Assembly (NCBI GenBank): GCA_025060715.1 | Contig: JANXBG010000004.1 | Coordinates: forward strand, 4,920-68,919 | Source of the DNA: a candidate division WOR-3 bacterium | GTDB lineage: Bacteria; Hydrothermota; Tepidihabitantia; Tepidihabitantales; DTDR01 | Direction of reading: 5' to 3' | Length of the DNA stretch: 64,000 bases | Shown here: piece by piece, positions 50,445-60,390 of the stretch | How positions within the stretch are numbered: position 1 is the first letter of the stretch | How the letters are laid out: the number at the start of each line of letters is the position of its first letter | Position numbers and translations under genes: made by a program | Notes under the pieces: generated by a model | Told to the model about the DNA's origin: nothing | What the model saw: only the letters and a program-made list of their open reading frames with translations | Databases searched by the model: none

Positions 50445-52091
50445 ATGCCTTCAGATTTAGAAATTGCCCGTTCAGTTACTTTATACCCTATTTATGAAAT
50501 TGCTGAAAAAGTAGATATTCCTCAAGAATTTCTTTTACCCTCGGGCAATTTCAAAGCAAAAATTTCTTTAAAATTTTATGAGAAAATCAAAAATAACCCT
50601 GATGGTAAACTAATTTTAATAACGGCCATAAATCCTACCCCTTATGGTGAAGGGAAAACCACAACAGCGATTGGACTTTCTATGGCTTTTTGGCGAATTG
50701 GTAAGAAATCAATTGTTGCTTTAAGGGAACCTTCTTTAGGACCAGTCTTTGGAATAAAGGGAGGTGCTACCGGTGGCGGTTATAGCCAAGTCTTGCCAAT
50801 GGAAGATATTAACTTACATTTTACCGGTGATATTCACGCAGTAACCAGTGCTCACAACCTTTTATCCACTCTTTTAGATAATCACATCCATTTTGGTGCC
50901 GAACCAATAATTGATGAAAGGGATATACTTTTCAAAAGAGCAATAGATATGAATGACCGTTCTTTAAGAACTATTGTCATTGGTCTTGGTGGAAAAAGTA
51001 ATGGACCAGCAAGAGAAGATGGTTTTATTATTACTGCTGCTTCAGAAGTGATGGCAATATTATCTTTGGCAACTTCTCTAAAAGATTTAAAACAGAGATT
51101 AGCTAATATTTTAGTTGCTTTTAGAAAAGATGGTAAACCTTTTACTGCTGGTGAATTAGGTGCTCACGGTCCAATGGCGGTCTTGCTAAGGGATGCTTTA
51201 AAACCAAATATTGTCCAAACAATTGAACACACACCGGCTTTTATCCACACAGGACCTTTTGCCAATATCGCCACTGGTACTTGTAGTATTATCTCAATGA
51301 AAATTGGATTAAAAATTTGTGATTATTTGGTTGTTGAATCAGGATTTGGTGCCGATTTGGGAGCCGAAAAATTTATAAACATTGTTTCTCGAGTTGGTAA
51401 TTTACCGGTTGATGCTGCTGTTTTAGTTTGCACAATTCGGGCATTAAAACATCACGGGTCAGGAGAGGATATTAGGGCATTAAGAAGAGGTTTAGCTAAT
51501 TTAGGAAGACATATTGAAATTTTAAGAAGATTTAATATTCCTTTTGTGGTTGCTTTAAACAGATTTACTAATGATAAAAGGGAAGAAATAAAAGTTGTCC
51601 GAGGATATTGTGAATTTCAACAGGTTCCATTCTGTGTAATTGATGTTTATGAAAAAGGAGGTGAAGGAGCTATAGAACTTGCCCAAGAACTTATTAAGAT
51701 TACTGAAAAGAAAAGCGAAATTAATTATACTTATAATTTAAGTGATTCGGTAGAAGAAAAGATTAGAAAGGTATCAATAGAAATTTATGGTGCTCGTCAA
51801 GTTATTTTTACTTCCAAAGCAAAAAGAGATATAGAAAGAATTAATGCTTTAGGGTTTAATAATCTCCCTATTTGCATTGCCAAAACTCAATATTCTTTAT
51901 CGGACAATCCAGCCCTTCTTGGGGCTCCCGTTAATTTTGATATTACCATCAATCAGATTAACATTAATGCTGGCGCCGGCTTTCTTGTTCCGATAGCTGG
52001 CGAAATTTCTTTAATGCCCGGTTTACCCAAAAATCCAAATGCTTTAAATATAGATTTAGATGAAAATGATTATATTGTCGGCCTCAAATAA
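50445..52091 (+). CDS. fhs: Formate--tetrahydrofolate ligase.
   Basis: It has the PSDLEIARS.. N-terminus and the P-loop TPYGEGKTTTAIGL. It is 548 aa. Confidence 0.95.
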   Translation: MPSDLEIARSVTLYPIYEIAEKVDIPQEFLLPSGNFKAKISLKFYEKIKNNPDGKLILITAINPTPYGEGKTTTAIGLSMAFWRIGKKSIVALREPSLGPVFGIKGGATGGGYSQVLPMEDINLHFTGDIHAVTSAHNLLSTLLDNHIHFGAEPIIDERDILFKRAIDMNDRSLRTIVIGLGGKSNGPAREDGFIITAASEVMAILSLATSLKDLKQRLANILVAFRKDGKPFTAGELGAHGPMAVLLRDALKPNIVQTIEHTPAFIHTGPFANIATGTCSIISMKIGLKICDYLVVESGFGADLGAEKFINIVSRVGNLPVDAAVLVCTIRALKHHGSGEDIRALRRGLANLGRHIEILRRFNIPFVVALNRFTNDKREEIKVVRGYCEFQQVPFCVIDVYEKGGEGAIELAQELIKITEKKSEINYTYNLSDSVEEKIRKVSIEIYGARQVIFTSKAKRDIERINALGFNNLPICIAKTQYSLSDNPALLGAPVNFDITINQININAGAGFLVPIAGEISLMPGLPKNPNALNIDLDENDYIVGLK

Positions 52092-53048
52092 ATGTTTTCC
52101 CTTTTAGGCCTTAATCTTAAAGAACCAAAGGAAGATGTGATTTATGATTTGATTATTATTGGTGGTGGACCTGCAGGGATTACTGCAGCAATTTATTCAG
52201 CAAGAAAAAATTTAAACCTTTTAATTTTAACAAAGGATTTGGGAGGCCAAATTTTATTAACCAGTGAAATTGAAAATTATCCCGGCTTTCAATATATTAC
52301 TAGTAAAGAACTAGCAGAAAAATTTACTAATCAGTTAAGTCTCTTTCCGATCTCTTTAGGTTTAGGGGTTGAAGTTAATAAACTTAAAAAAGAAGATAAT
52401 ATTTTTTTAGTTAAAACTATTGATAACAAAGTTTATAAAAGTAAGACAGTTATTATTGCTACTGGAAGAAGTCCAAAACCATTAAATTTACCCAACGAAA
52501 AAGAGCTTTTAGGAAAAGGGGTAAGCTATTGTGCTACCTGTGATGCTCCTTTGTTTAAAAACAAAAATACTGCAGTAATCGGTGGCGGAAATTCAGCAGT
52601 AATCAGCGCCATTGAACTTGCTAAAATTTGCCAAAAGGTTTATTTAATTGTACGTAGTGAAATAAAAGCTGATTATATCTTAAAAGAAAGATTAAAAAAT
52701 TTTAATAATGTGAATATTCTTTTAAAACATTTACCAAAAGCAATCTTAGGAAAAGAAAAGGTTAACGGTCTTTTAGTTTATGACCAATTAAATAATAAAG
52801 AATATGAAATTTCTTTAGATGGTGTCTTTATTGAAGCAGGTATGAAACCAAACACTGAATTTTTAAAAGGATTTTTAGAATTGAACGAAAAAGATGAGAT
52901 TATTATCAATTGTAATTGCGAAACTAATGTTCCCGGTGTTTTTGCTTGTGGTGACTGCACTTCTGTTGAAGAAAAACAAATTGTTATTGCTTGTGGAGAA
53001 GGAGCAAAAGCAAGTTTAAAAGCCTTTAAATATCTTTTATCCCTTTAA
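52092..53048 (+). CDS. trxB: Thioredoxin-disulfide reductase-like FAD/NAD(P) oxidoreductase.
   Basis: It has FAD-binding GGGPAG, the redox-active CATCD and NAD(P)-binding GGGNSA motifs. It is 318 aa. Confidence 0.8.
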   Translation: MFSLLGLNLKEPKEDVIYDLIIIGGGPAGITAAIYSARKNLNLLILTKDLGGQILLTSEIENYPGFQYITSKELAEKFTNQLSLFPISLGLGVEVNKLKKEDNIFLVKTIDNKVYKSKTVIIATGRSPKPLNLPNEKELLGKGVSYCATCDAPLFKNKNTAVIGGGNSAVISAIELAKICQKVYLIVRSEIKADYILKERLKNFNNVNILLKHLPKAILGKEKVNGLLVYDQLNNKEYEISLDGVFIEAGMKPNTEFLKGFLELNEKDEIIINCNCETNVPGVFACGDCTSVEEKQIVIACGEGAKASLKAFKYLLSL

Positions 53049-53442
53049 TCCTTTCAAATAATTGGGAAACAGCAAGAAAGGCAGCTTTTATAATTATATC
53101 GGCAGTTATTGTCTCATATACTTTACCATTTATTTCCAATGTTCGACATTGTGAAGGTCCACAAACGCTACAACAAGGGCTCTGACCTATCTTTCCGGAA
53201 AGATAATTTTCTATTGGAATGTTATTTATTAGAATTTCATTAGATTTTAAAGGGTCTTTTTCAAACTCAGAAAGAGAAATTTCTTCTTTTTTCAAAATTA
53301 TTTCGATTCCAATGGGGGTAAAAAAACGAGTAAGAAAAGAAACTGCCTTATTAAGTTCCCTTTCTGTGTCCTCACATCTGGAACAGGTCTCGCCTTTATA
53401 TACTAATCTCTGCCATTTAATTTCTAAAATCTTTTTATTCAC
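53026..53442 (-). CDS. Hypothetical Cys-rich protein (CxxC plus CCxxCGPxQC).
   Basis: 138-aa ORF, convergent with trxB and overlapping it by 23 nt. It is a possible metal- or thiol-binding protein. The family is unconfirmed. Confidence 0.35.
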   Translation of the reverse strand: MNKKILEIKWQRLVYKGETCSRCEDTERELNKAVSFLTRFFTPIGIEIILKKEEISLSEFEKDPLKSNEILINNIPIENYLSGKIGQSPCCSVCGPSQCRTLEINGKVYETITADIIIKAAFLAVSQLFERIKGIKDI

Positions 53443-54395
53443 TTTATTTTCTTATCTATCAAATAGGTACCAATTGGGTCAGCAATACTTAAAACAAGCA
53501 GAGTTATTCCCCATTCTCTTTTTCCCCAATAATCTTTAAAAATCAAAATAGCGGTTCCAATAACTATCCCTTCAATCATTCTTGGAGCAAAATTAATTAT
53601 TAAAGCATCACCAAAAGATAAATCCCGTTCTCTACTTCGCTTGTGTCCAAAATAATAACCAACACAGCTACCAATTAAAGAAAAAATAGTAACCGAATTT
53701 TTATTAAAAAAATCTTGTTTGGTCAATAGTTCCATTCCGCCTAAAAAGGCTATAGGACTGGTCACTCCTAAACGGGCATAATCCAATTCACAAAAGGCAT
53801 CACCAAAAGTAATATTTTCTTCTTTACTTAAAAGAATACTACCTAAATAACCTTCAAAAGCAGATAAAATGGGATAGAAATATTTATAATTTTTCCAATC
53901 CTCTCCAGTTAAAATATGTATCATCGCCGCATGAAAGATACCTAGGCCATTGAAATTCAAAAATCGCCAAGCATCTTCAACACCAAACTGAAGTTTTTCG
54001 CTTAAAAAATAGCCACCAATATTTTCTGTTAAACTGAAAAATAAAGGTAGGGTAAATTTATTTTCCATTTTTTCTGCAAAGATAATACCACGACACATTC
54101 CGCCTATTCCGCCAAAAAAGGCTTGTAAAGGAGCTCCGCTTGCTTTTACATAGCGGATTCGAGAAGAGGCAAAAAAGGAAATTGCCGGTGTCCACAAACC
54201 TACCACCACTGCTAATCTATCTTTTAAACCAAGACCAACCGGGAGTAGCCAAGAATATATTCCGATTCCTAAAGCAACCTCACTGGCAACGAAATAGCTT
54301 TTATAATTTTTCTTTTTTATTTTTTCTGCCTCCAAAGTGTCGGATTGAGAAAACAAAAAAGTAAAAAATAATATTCCAATAATTATTTTTTTCAT
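53439..54395 (-). CDS. Hypothetical secreted or membrane protein (318 aa).
   Basis: It has a signal peptide and several hydrophobic segments. No motif was recognised. Confidence 0.35.
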   Translation of the reverse strand: MKKIIIGILFFTFLFSQSDTLEAEKIKKKNYKSYFVASEVALGIGIYSWLLPVGLGLKDRLAVVVGLWTPAISFFASSRIRYVKASGAPLQAFFGGIGGMCRGIIFAEKMENKFTLPLFFSLTENIGGYFLSEKLQFGVEDAWRFLNFNGLGIFHAAMIHILTGEDWKNYKYFYPILSAFEGYLGSILLSKEENITFGDAFCELDYARLGVTSPIAFLGGMELLTKQDFFNKNSVTIFSLIGSCVGYYFGHKRSRERDLSFGDALIINFAPRMIEGIVIGTAILIFKDYWGKREWGITLLVLSIADPIGTYLIDKKIK

Positions 54396-54418
54396 AATTA
54401 ATATAAATTGCTAATCTT

Positions 54419-55027
54419 TTATTCTAAAATCTCTGCTAGCCTCTTATTTACTGCTTCCCAATTTATGATTTTAAAGAAGTTTTCTAAGTATTTGGCTCGG
54501 TCATTTTTATAGTCTAGATAATAAGCATGCTCAAAGACATCGCAGACAAGCAAGATTCTAAACATCGGATAAACATTAGTATTATGTTTTTCCACTTGCA
54601 TAATAATCGGTCTATCAGTCTGTTTACAATAGGTAAGACAAGCCCAACCTGAACCTTCAGTAGTTTGTGCTGCCTTAATAAACTCTTTTTTAAATCGCTC
54701 AAAACTACCAAACTCTTTATCTAATTTTTCTTTTATTACGCCGTCAGGAATCTCTTTTGCCTTGCTTGGTGGAGTAAGATTATACCAGTAGAGAGAATGT
54801 AATAGATGGCCACCAATATTAAAGGATAGTTCTTTTAGAAGCGCCTTTATATCTAAATCTTCGTTTCCTTCTCTTCCCTTATCTAATTTCTCCAAAATCG
54901 CATTGGCACCATTCACATATGCCTGATGATGTTTTTCATAGTGGATTCTTAACTGCTCTTCCGAAATAATTGGCTCTAAATCTTTAAAAGAATAAGGTAA
55001 AGGCGGCAATTGATAAAATTTCTTCAT
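54419..55027 (-). CDS. sod: Superoxide dismutase (Fe/Mn family).
   Basis: It has [10 protein letters not shown] and the C-terminal [11 protein letters not shown] metal-ligand motifs. It is 202 aa. Confidence 0.9.
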   Translation of the reverse strand: MKKFYQLPPLPYSFKDLEPIISEEQLRIHYEKHHQAYVNGANAILEKLDKGREGNEDLDIKALLKELSFNIGGHLLHSLYWYNLTPPSKAKEIPDGVIKEKLDKEFGSFERFKKEFIKAAQTTEGSGWACLTYCKQTDRPIIMQVEKHNTNVYPMFRILLVCDVFEHAYYLDYKNDRAKYLENFFKIINWEAVNKRLAEILE

Positions 55028-55042
55028 CTTTTTCTCCTTATT

Positions 55043-55468
55043 CTATATCTCTTCTAAAAGAGAGGTAAAAGTATCGTGATGCTCTTCTTCATCAGCAAGG
55101 ATACTTTCAAAAAGCTTTCTTGTGGTCTCATCGTTTTCGTTTCTTGCTTTTTCAATTATCTTTTTATAAAGGATAATCGCATTCTCTTCATCTTTTTTAT
55201 CCTGCTCCAACATCTCTTTTAAGGTATTGCCAACAAAAATTGGGTCAGGTTTAGTTGTTGGTATACCACCAAGATAGACAAGCCTTTCGGCAATCGCTTC
55301 GGCATGTTTCATTTCAGTAATCGCAATCTTTTTTAACTCATCTTTCACACTAAAGCCTTTCACCCCTTTCCATTGAACATGTTGCCACATATACTGAATA
55401 GCAACTTGTAATTCCCGAGCAATTGCTTGATTTAACATATCAAGTAATTCCTTAGATACTTTCACCAT
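55043..55468 (-). CDS. Bacterioferritin-like ferritin-superfamily protein.
   Basis: 141 aa in a four-helix ferritin-like pattern, with E..ELxAIxQY, EMKHAE and ADEEEH di-iron ligand motifs. It lies 15 nt upstream of sod. Confidence 0.65.
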   Translation of the reverse strand: MVKVSKELLDMLNQAIARELQVAIQYMWQHVQWKGVKGFSVKDELKKIAITEMKHAEAIAERLVYLGGIPTTKPDPIFVGNTLKEMLEQDKKDEENAIILYKKIIEKARNENDETTRKLFESILADEEEHHDTFTSLLEEI

Positions 55469-55682
55469 TTTTTCCTCCCTTTAAAGTTTTATTTTTAATA
55501 AATTATAAAAAATTTTTAAATTAAAATCAATTAATTTAACTCTTCATTTTATTTGCATCTTTTACGTGAGGATGGGGTATTTTAAACTTTTCATTTTCGT
55601 TAAGGATTTCATTTGTTACCAAAGGATAGGTTAAACTGATAATTTCTTTAACACTGTCTAAAATGATAAGAAAGTCTCTATC

Positions 55683-56540
55683 TCATGCCTCTAAGGCTGC
55701 TTCATTTATTATTTTTGCGATATCTGCTGGCGAAAATTTCTCAAACTCTTCATGGAGTTTTTCATTTGCATTTTTCTTTTCATATTCTTCTTTAATTTTT
55801 TTACTTCGGTTATTAAGAAACTCAACGGATTCTCTTATTTTTTCCTTTATTTTTGTATCTAAAACTTCTTTATGTTGATCTAAGTAGTATTCAAATAACC
55901 GTTCATATTCTCTATCATTCTTTGGCAATCCTCCATAGTATAAATTTCAAAACGACCTGGACGGAGAAAGGCTTCATCTATCATTTCTGGACAATTACTA
56001 ATTCCAAATAAGAAAATTGGATAATTCCAATAGGCTTTTTGTTTTAAAAGTTTATCAATTTTATTCAAAAATGTTGGGACAATTCTTGCCATTACCGTGG
56101 ACATAAACTCCTTTCTTTTAGGAAATAAAGCATCAGCCTCATCAAATATTATTACACCCTTTTTTCTTTTTCAAAATCCTTAAATTTTTCTTCTAATAAT
56201 TTGCTAATATTTTCTTCAGCCTCTCCTGGAAAACCCGCAATAATATTTGCTGAAATTTAAAAATATTTAGCATTCGACTCTTTTGCAACTGCGTGAGCAA
56301 ATAAATTTTTTTCCTTTTCCTGAAGATCCAAATAAAAAGAATCTTTGACATATTCTAAAGTTACATTTTGAAGAAATGTCATCTTTTTTATTAGCACATT
56401 TTATTAATTTGTTAAAATGTTCTTTTAAACCTTCTAATCCAATTATATCTTCAAATCCAATATCTCCAGGATACGGCAGTTGTAGAGAAATTAACTCCTC
56501 TTCTGATGGATCTCTTCTTTTACTTTTTTTCTTCTTCTTT
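55683..56540 (-). pseudogene. AAA+ ATPase gene (classical AAA clade: FtsH/CDC48/SpoVK-like) broken by at least 3 frameshifts and an internal stop.
   Basis: Reverse-strand frames yield consecutive AAA pieces. These are ..IIGLEGLKEHF..LFGSSGKGKKF (Walker A region), then VIIFDEADALFPKR (Walker B), then ..DEAFLRPGRFE.. , then ..PADIAKIINEAALEA*. Each lies in a different frame. One shift falls at an A-run and a TAA follows ..KYF. The ORF track shows only 74-aa and 81-aa fragments. Confidence 0.5.
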
Positions 56541-56545
56541 CTCTA

Positions 56546-56992
56546 TTATTTTATTAAAATATTCTCTATCAAATACCCGTTTTTCAGAATTTCTCTTGCA
56601 TTAAGTTTTATACCAACATCTTTAAGAATTTCACTCCCATTAGAAATAGTAAATTTATTCTTTTCATCCCATTTTAATTCTATCTTAAGGTCAAGGGTTA
56701 TTTTCCCAAAACGAAAGGGTGTTTGAGAAAATCTAATTAGTTTGCTTTTTGCTTCAAAAACACCGTATAATTTATCATTTTGCACATCGTATATAAAACA
56801 TTTATCACCTTCTTTCCCATTTTTAAATTCTTCACTAAAAAGTTTCCAGTCATCTAATATGCCAGGTTCCTTTAAACAATAATCGGCAACTTCTTTTTTA
56901 TTACAATTCCAATTATACATTTTTCCATTTTTACCTCTCTTTGTTAATAATGGAAAAATAAAAATTATTTTCATCTCTTGTAAATTTGTCAA
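56546..56992 (-). CDS. Hypothetical 148-aa protein directly upstream of the AAA+ remnant. It is either its former N-terminal domain or a separate gene.
   Basis: An intact ORF ending 5 nt before the first AAA-like frame begins. It has a beta-rich composition and no motif was recognised. Confidence 0.3.
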   Translation of the reverse strand: MTNLQEMKIIFIFPLLTKRGKNGKMYNWNCNKKEVADYCLKEPGILDDWKLFSEEFKNGKEGDKCFIYDVQNDKLYGVFEAKSKLIRFSQTPFRFGKITLDLKIELKWDEKNKFTISNGSEILKDVGIKLNAREILKNGYLIENILIK

Positions 56993-57158
56993 TTTATTTT
57001 TAGTAGTTTATAATTCCATTTTTGTTCAATCAATTTTTCTTTAAATTTTAATTTTAGCAAATTAAAGATTCTTTATTTTCTGCTTATTTCATAATGGTGG
57101 TTTAGTGACTGCTTTTGCTCAAATAAAAACTTGATTTTTATTTTAAAATTTTTATAAT

Positions 57159-58238
57159 ATGAAAATGTTTTTATTTTTTCTTTTTACTTTTGTAATTGAG
57201 CCACCAAAGAATGTGAAAGCCTTTGATAATCCTAATGATGGTGGCAATAAGATTTTAATAACCTGGGAAATATCACCTTCAGATTCAATTTTGGATGGTT
57301 ATGAGATATTAAGAAGAAGTGAAAAAGAGGAATGTTTTTATAAAATTGGTTTTGTTGGTCAAGGTAGAAATAGTTTTTTAGATGAGAAGACCGAGGATAA
57401 GATAAATTATTATTATCAAGTAGCTAGTGTTAAAGATACTATAAAAGTCTTATCAGCGATTTCTAATCCTGCCCAAAGTTATCCCCAGTGGTTTCATAGA
57501 GGTAAGTTGATTATTTTATTAACCTTTTTTGTCTTTGGTTTTTTAATTTTATATTTTATAAAAAGGGCAAGAAAGATTGAATTATTTATTAGAAGGATAG
57601 CGGGTTTAAGCGCCGTAGAAGAGGCGGTTGGTAGAGCAACAGAAATGGGAAAACCGGTTTTATTTGTTCCTGGATTAACGGGTATGTCTGATGTGGCCAC
57701 AATTGCTGCTTTAAATATTTTGTCAGAAGTTGCCAAAAAGATTGCCCAATATGATGTAAAATTAATTGTTCCCAATAATGACCCAATTGTTTATACTGTT
57801 GCTCGGGAAATAGTAAAAGAGGCCTATACCAGTGTTGGCAGACCCGATGCCTTTAATCCCGATTCGGTATTTTATTTAACTGATTCTCAATTTGCTTATG
57901 CTGCTGGTGTTGATGGTATAATGGTAAGAGAGAAACCAGCAACTAATTTCTTTTGTGGATATTTCTATGCTGAATCATTAATTTTGGCAGAAACTGGTGC
58001 CCAAACCGGTGCTATCCAAATTGCTGCCACTGATTCAATTACTCAATTACCTTTTTTTATTGTGGCTTGTGATTATACATTGATTGGTGAAGAATTATAT
58101 GCGGCTTCTGCCTATCTTTCCAAAGAACCGATTCTCCTTGGTTCTTTAAAAGGCCAAGATTATGGAAAACTTTTGATAATTATTGCTTTAATCCTTCTTT
58201 CAGTTTCTTCTTTAATTTTTAATTTTATTATCAAATGA
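57159..58238 (+). CDS. Membrane protein with an N-terminal FN3-like domain, a TM helix, a soluble domain of about 190 aa and a C-terminal TM helix. It is gene 1 of a four-gene module.
   Basis: The FN3-like signature is ..ILITWEISPSD..GYEIL..YYYQVASV. Hydrophobic helices are LIILLTFFVFGFLILYFI and LLIIIALILLSVSSLIF. Its stop overlaps the next gene's start (ATGA). Confidence 0.5.
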   Translation: MKMFLFFLFTFVIEPPKNVKAFDNPNDGGNKILITWEISPSDSILDGYEILRRSEKEECFYKIGFVGQGRNSFLDEKTEDKINYYYQVASVKDTIKVLSAISNPAQSYPQWFHRGKLIILLTFFVFGFLILYFIKRARKIELFIRRIAGLSAVEEAVGRATEMGKPVLFVPGLTGMSDVATIAALNILSEVAKKIAQYDVKLIVPNNDPIVYTVAREIVKEAYTSVGRPDAFNPDSVFYLTDSQFAYAAGVDGIMVREKPATNFFCGYFYAESLILAETGAQTGAIQIAATDSITQLPFFIVACDYTLIGEELYAASAYLSKEPILLGSLKGQDYGKLLIIIALILLSVSSLIFNFIIK

Positions 58239-58891
58239 AGGTAAGATTTCCTTTAATCCTTTGTTTATTAATGGGAATAATTGGAATGGTTGCCTATTAT
58301 ATTCCCCATAGAATAGTTCAGAATTTTGATAACGAATTAAGAAATACTGCATTAAGAATTATTTTCGCCTTTTCCTTGGTATTGGGTGTTGGTAGTATTA
58401 TTCGCCATCATTGGGAAAAGATAAAAAGAAAAAGAGAATTTTGGGAATATAGTTATGTAACTTTAATATCTCTTTTCTTAACAGCCTTTATCGGTCTTTT
58501 TGGAGGAATTGATGGTAAAGGACTTATTAAAATGCAAATTGGCAAATTCTCTTTTGATATTCATACAATCTATGTAAATATGGCAATTCCTTTAGGAGCG
58601 ACAATGTTTTCTTTACTTGCCTATTTTATGGCATCAGCTGCCTATCGGGCATTTCGGGCAAGAAATTTTGAAGCAATTTTATTATTAATTGCTGCTTTTA
58701 TTGTGATGCTTGCCTCAGTTCCACCTGTTGCCCGACTTATCCCTAAACTACCTTATATTTCCGAATGGATATTAGATGTACCTAATACCGCGGCAAAAAG
58801 AGGAATGTTATTTGGAATTACCTTGGGAGTTTTATCAACATCCTTAAAAATCTTATTAGGTATTGAAAGGGGATGGTTAGGTGGTAAGTAG
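58235..58891 (+). CDS. Polytopic integral membrane protein (about 5-6 TM). It is gene 2 of the module.
   Basis: 218 aa with several long hydrophobic segments. It overlaps gene 1 by 4 nt and gene 3 by 11 nt. Confidence 0.5.
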   Translation: MKVRFPLILCLLMGIIGMVAYYIPHRIVQNFDNELRNTALRIIFAFSLVLGVGSIIRHHWEKIKRKREFWEYSYVTLISLFLTAFIGLFGGIDGKGLIKMQIGKFSFDIHTIYVNMAIPLGATMFSLLAYFMASAAYRAFRARNFEAILLLIAAFIVMLASVPPVARLIPKLPYISEWILDVPNTAAKRGMLFGITLGVLSTSLKILLGIERGWLGGK

Positions 58892-59720
58892 AAGAATAAT
58901 TTATTTAATATTAACTTTAGTTATTTTAATCCCCCTTTTAAGACCTTTTAAATTAAAACCTTTGCCGATGAAACCTGTTGAAAATCTCTTTTATTACATC
59001 AACAATATGCCAAAAGATAAGGCATTATTAATCTCTGTTGACTATTCACCCGATACCGAAGCAGAATTGCATCCAATGACAATTGCCTTATTAAAACATG
59101 CCTTTTATAAGAGAATAAAAGTAGGTGTTTTAACTTTAACACTATTAGGTTTAGGATTGGCAGAAGATGCTTTAAGAACGGTGGTAAAAGAGTTTAACGA
59201 AAGGGCAAAAACAAGAGAAGACAGTATTATCTACGGTAGAGACTATGTATTTTTAGGATGGCAAACACCTCCCTTAGTTCCTTTACTGGGAATGGGAGAA
59301 AGTATAACCAAAGTATTTCCAGTAGATTATTATGGAAATAGAACCGACACTTTACCATTGCTTCAACAAATCAAAAATTATCGGGATGTTGGTATTGTTG
59401 TCTCTATTTCTGGTTCAGCCATTCCAATGTGGTATGTCACTTATGCCCAAACTACCTTTGGTGTGAAAGTGGGGGCCGGTTTTACTGCTGTTTCGGCTGC
59501 TGACTATTATCCCTATTTAAATTCGGGACAATTAACTGGACTTCTTGCTGGCATGCGGGGTGGTGCAGAATATGAGGAACTTGTTGAAAAACATTTCGGA
59601 AAAACAAAAAGAAGAAAAGCAACCGAAGCAATGTCTTCCCAAACTACTGCTCATATTATGATTATTATATTAATCATAATTGGTAACATAATCTATTTTA
59701 AACAGAGAAGAAGAAAATGA
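58881..59720 (+). CDS. Bitopic membrane protein with an N-terminal TM, a soluble domain of about 220 aa and a C-terminal TM. It is gene 3 of the module.
   Basis: 279 aa with hydrophobic helices at both ends and a C-terminal RRRK tail. Its stop overlaps the gene 4 start (ATGA). Confidence 0.5.
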   Translation: MVSRRIIYLILTLVILIPLLRPFKLKPLPMKPVENLFYYINNMPKDKALLISVDYSPDTEAELHPMTIALLKHAFYKRIKVGVLTLTLLGLGLAEDALRTVVKEFNERAKTREDSIIYGRDYVFLGWQTPPLVPLLGMGESITKVFPVDYYGNRTDTLPLLQQIKNYRDVGIVVSISGSAIPMWYVTYAQTTFGVKVGAGFTAVSAADYYPYLNSGQLTGLLAGMRGGAEYEELVEKHFGKTKRRKATEAMSSQTTAHIMIIILIIIGNIIYFKQRRRK

Positions 59721-60340
59721 GCACCGATATCTGGGTTTGGATTGCTGCAATTTTAACCTTAGGAATTTTCTCTTTTTTATACAAAGATAATCCTTTTTAT
59801 CGTTTTTGTGAACATCTCTTTGTTGGTATAACAAATGGCTATGCCATAACTTTTTATTGGCACCGAATTTTAGTTCCCAGTTTAATTAAACCGGTTTCGC
59901 AAGGTGAAAAACTATATCTCTTAATCTTTGCTTTTATTGGTGCTTTGTATTTTACACGATTTATACCAAGATTATCTTGGCTTGTCAGAATTCCTATCGC
60001 CTTTGTTTTGGGCTATGGTGCTGGTGCGGCAATACCAAGAACAATTGAAACATCAATCATTGAGCAAGCAAAGGCAACAATTTTACAAAGAAGTAATTTC
60101 CTAAATCTTTTTGATGCCATATCTTCAATTATCATCTTCTTTGGTGTAATTGCCACAATTATCTATTTCTTCTTCTCAACGGAAAGAAAAGGAATATTAA
60201 AACATCTTGCCTATTCTGGAATCATTTTCATTATGCTCGGTTTCGGTGCCTCCTTTGGCTATACGGTGATGGCAAGAATTTCCTTACTTATCGGCCGTTT
60301 AACCTTCTTACTAAGAGATTGGCTTGGGATTATAAAATAA
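59717..60340 (+). CDS. Polytopic integral membrane protein (about 6 TM). It is gene 4 of the module.
   Basis: 207 aa, strongly hydrophobic throughout. Confidence 0.5.
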   Translation: MSTDIWVWIAAILTLGIFSFLYKDNPFYRFCEHLFVGITNGYAITFYWHRILVPSLIKPVSQGEKLYLLIFAFIGALYFTRFIPRLSWLVRIPIAFVLGYGAGAAIPRTIETSIIEQAKATILQRSNFLNLFDAISSIIIFFGVIATIIYFFFSTERKGILKHLAYSGIIFIMLGFGASFGYTVMARISLLIGRLTFLLRDWLGIIK

Positions 60341-60390
60341 CTTTTTAATATTGATTTTTTTATTATTTTTATCTATATTTAAATAGATGC

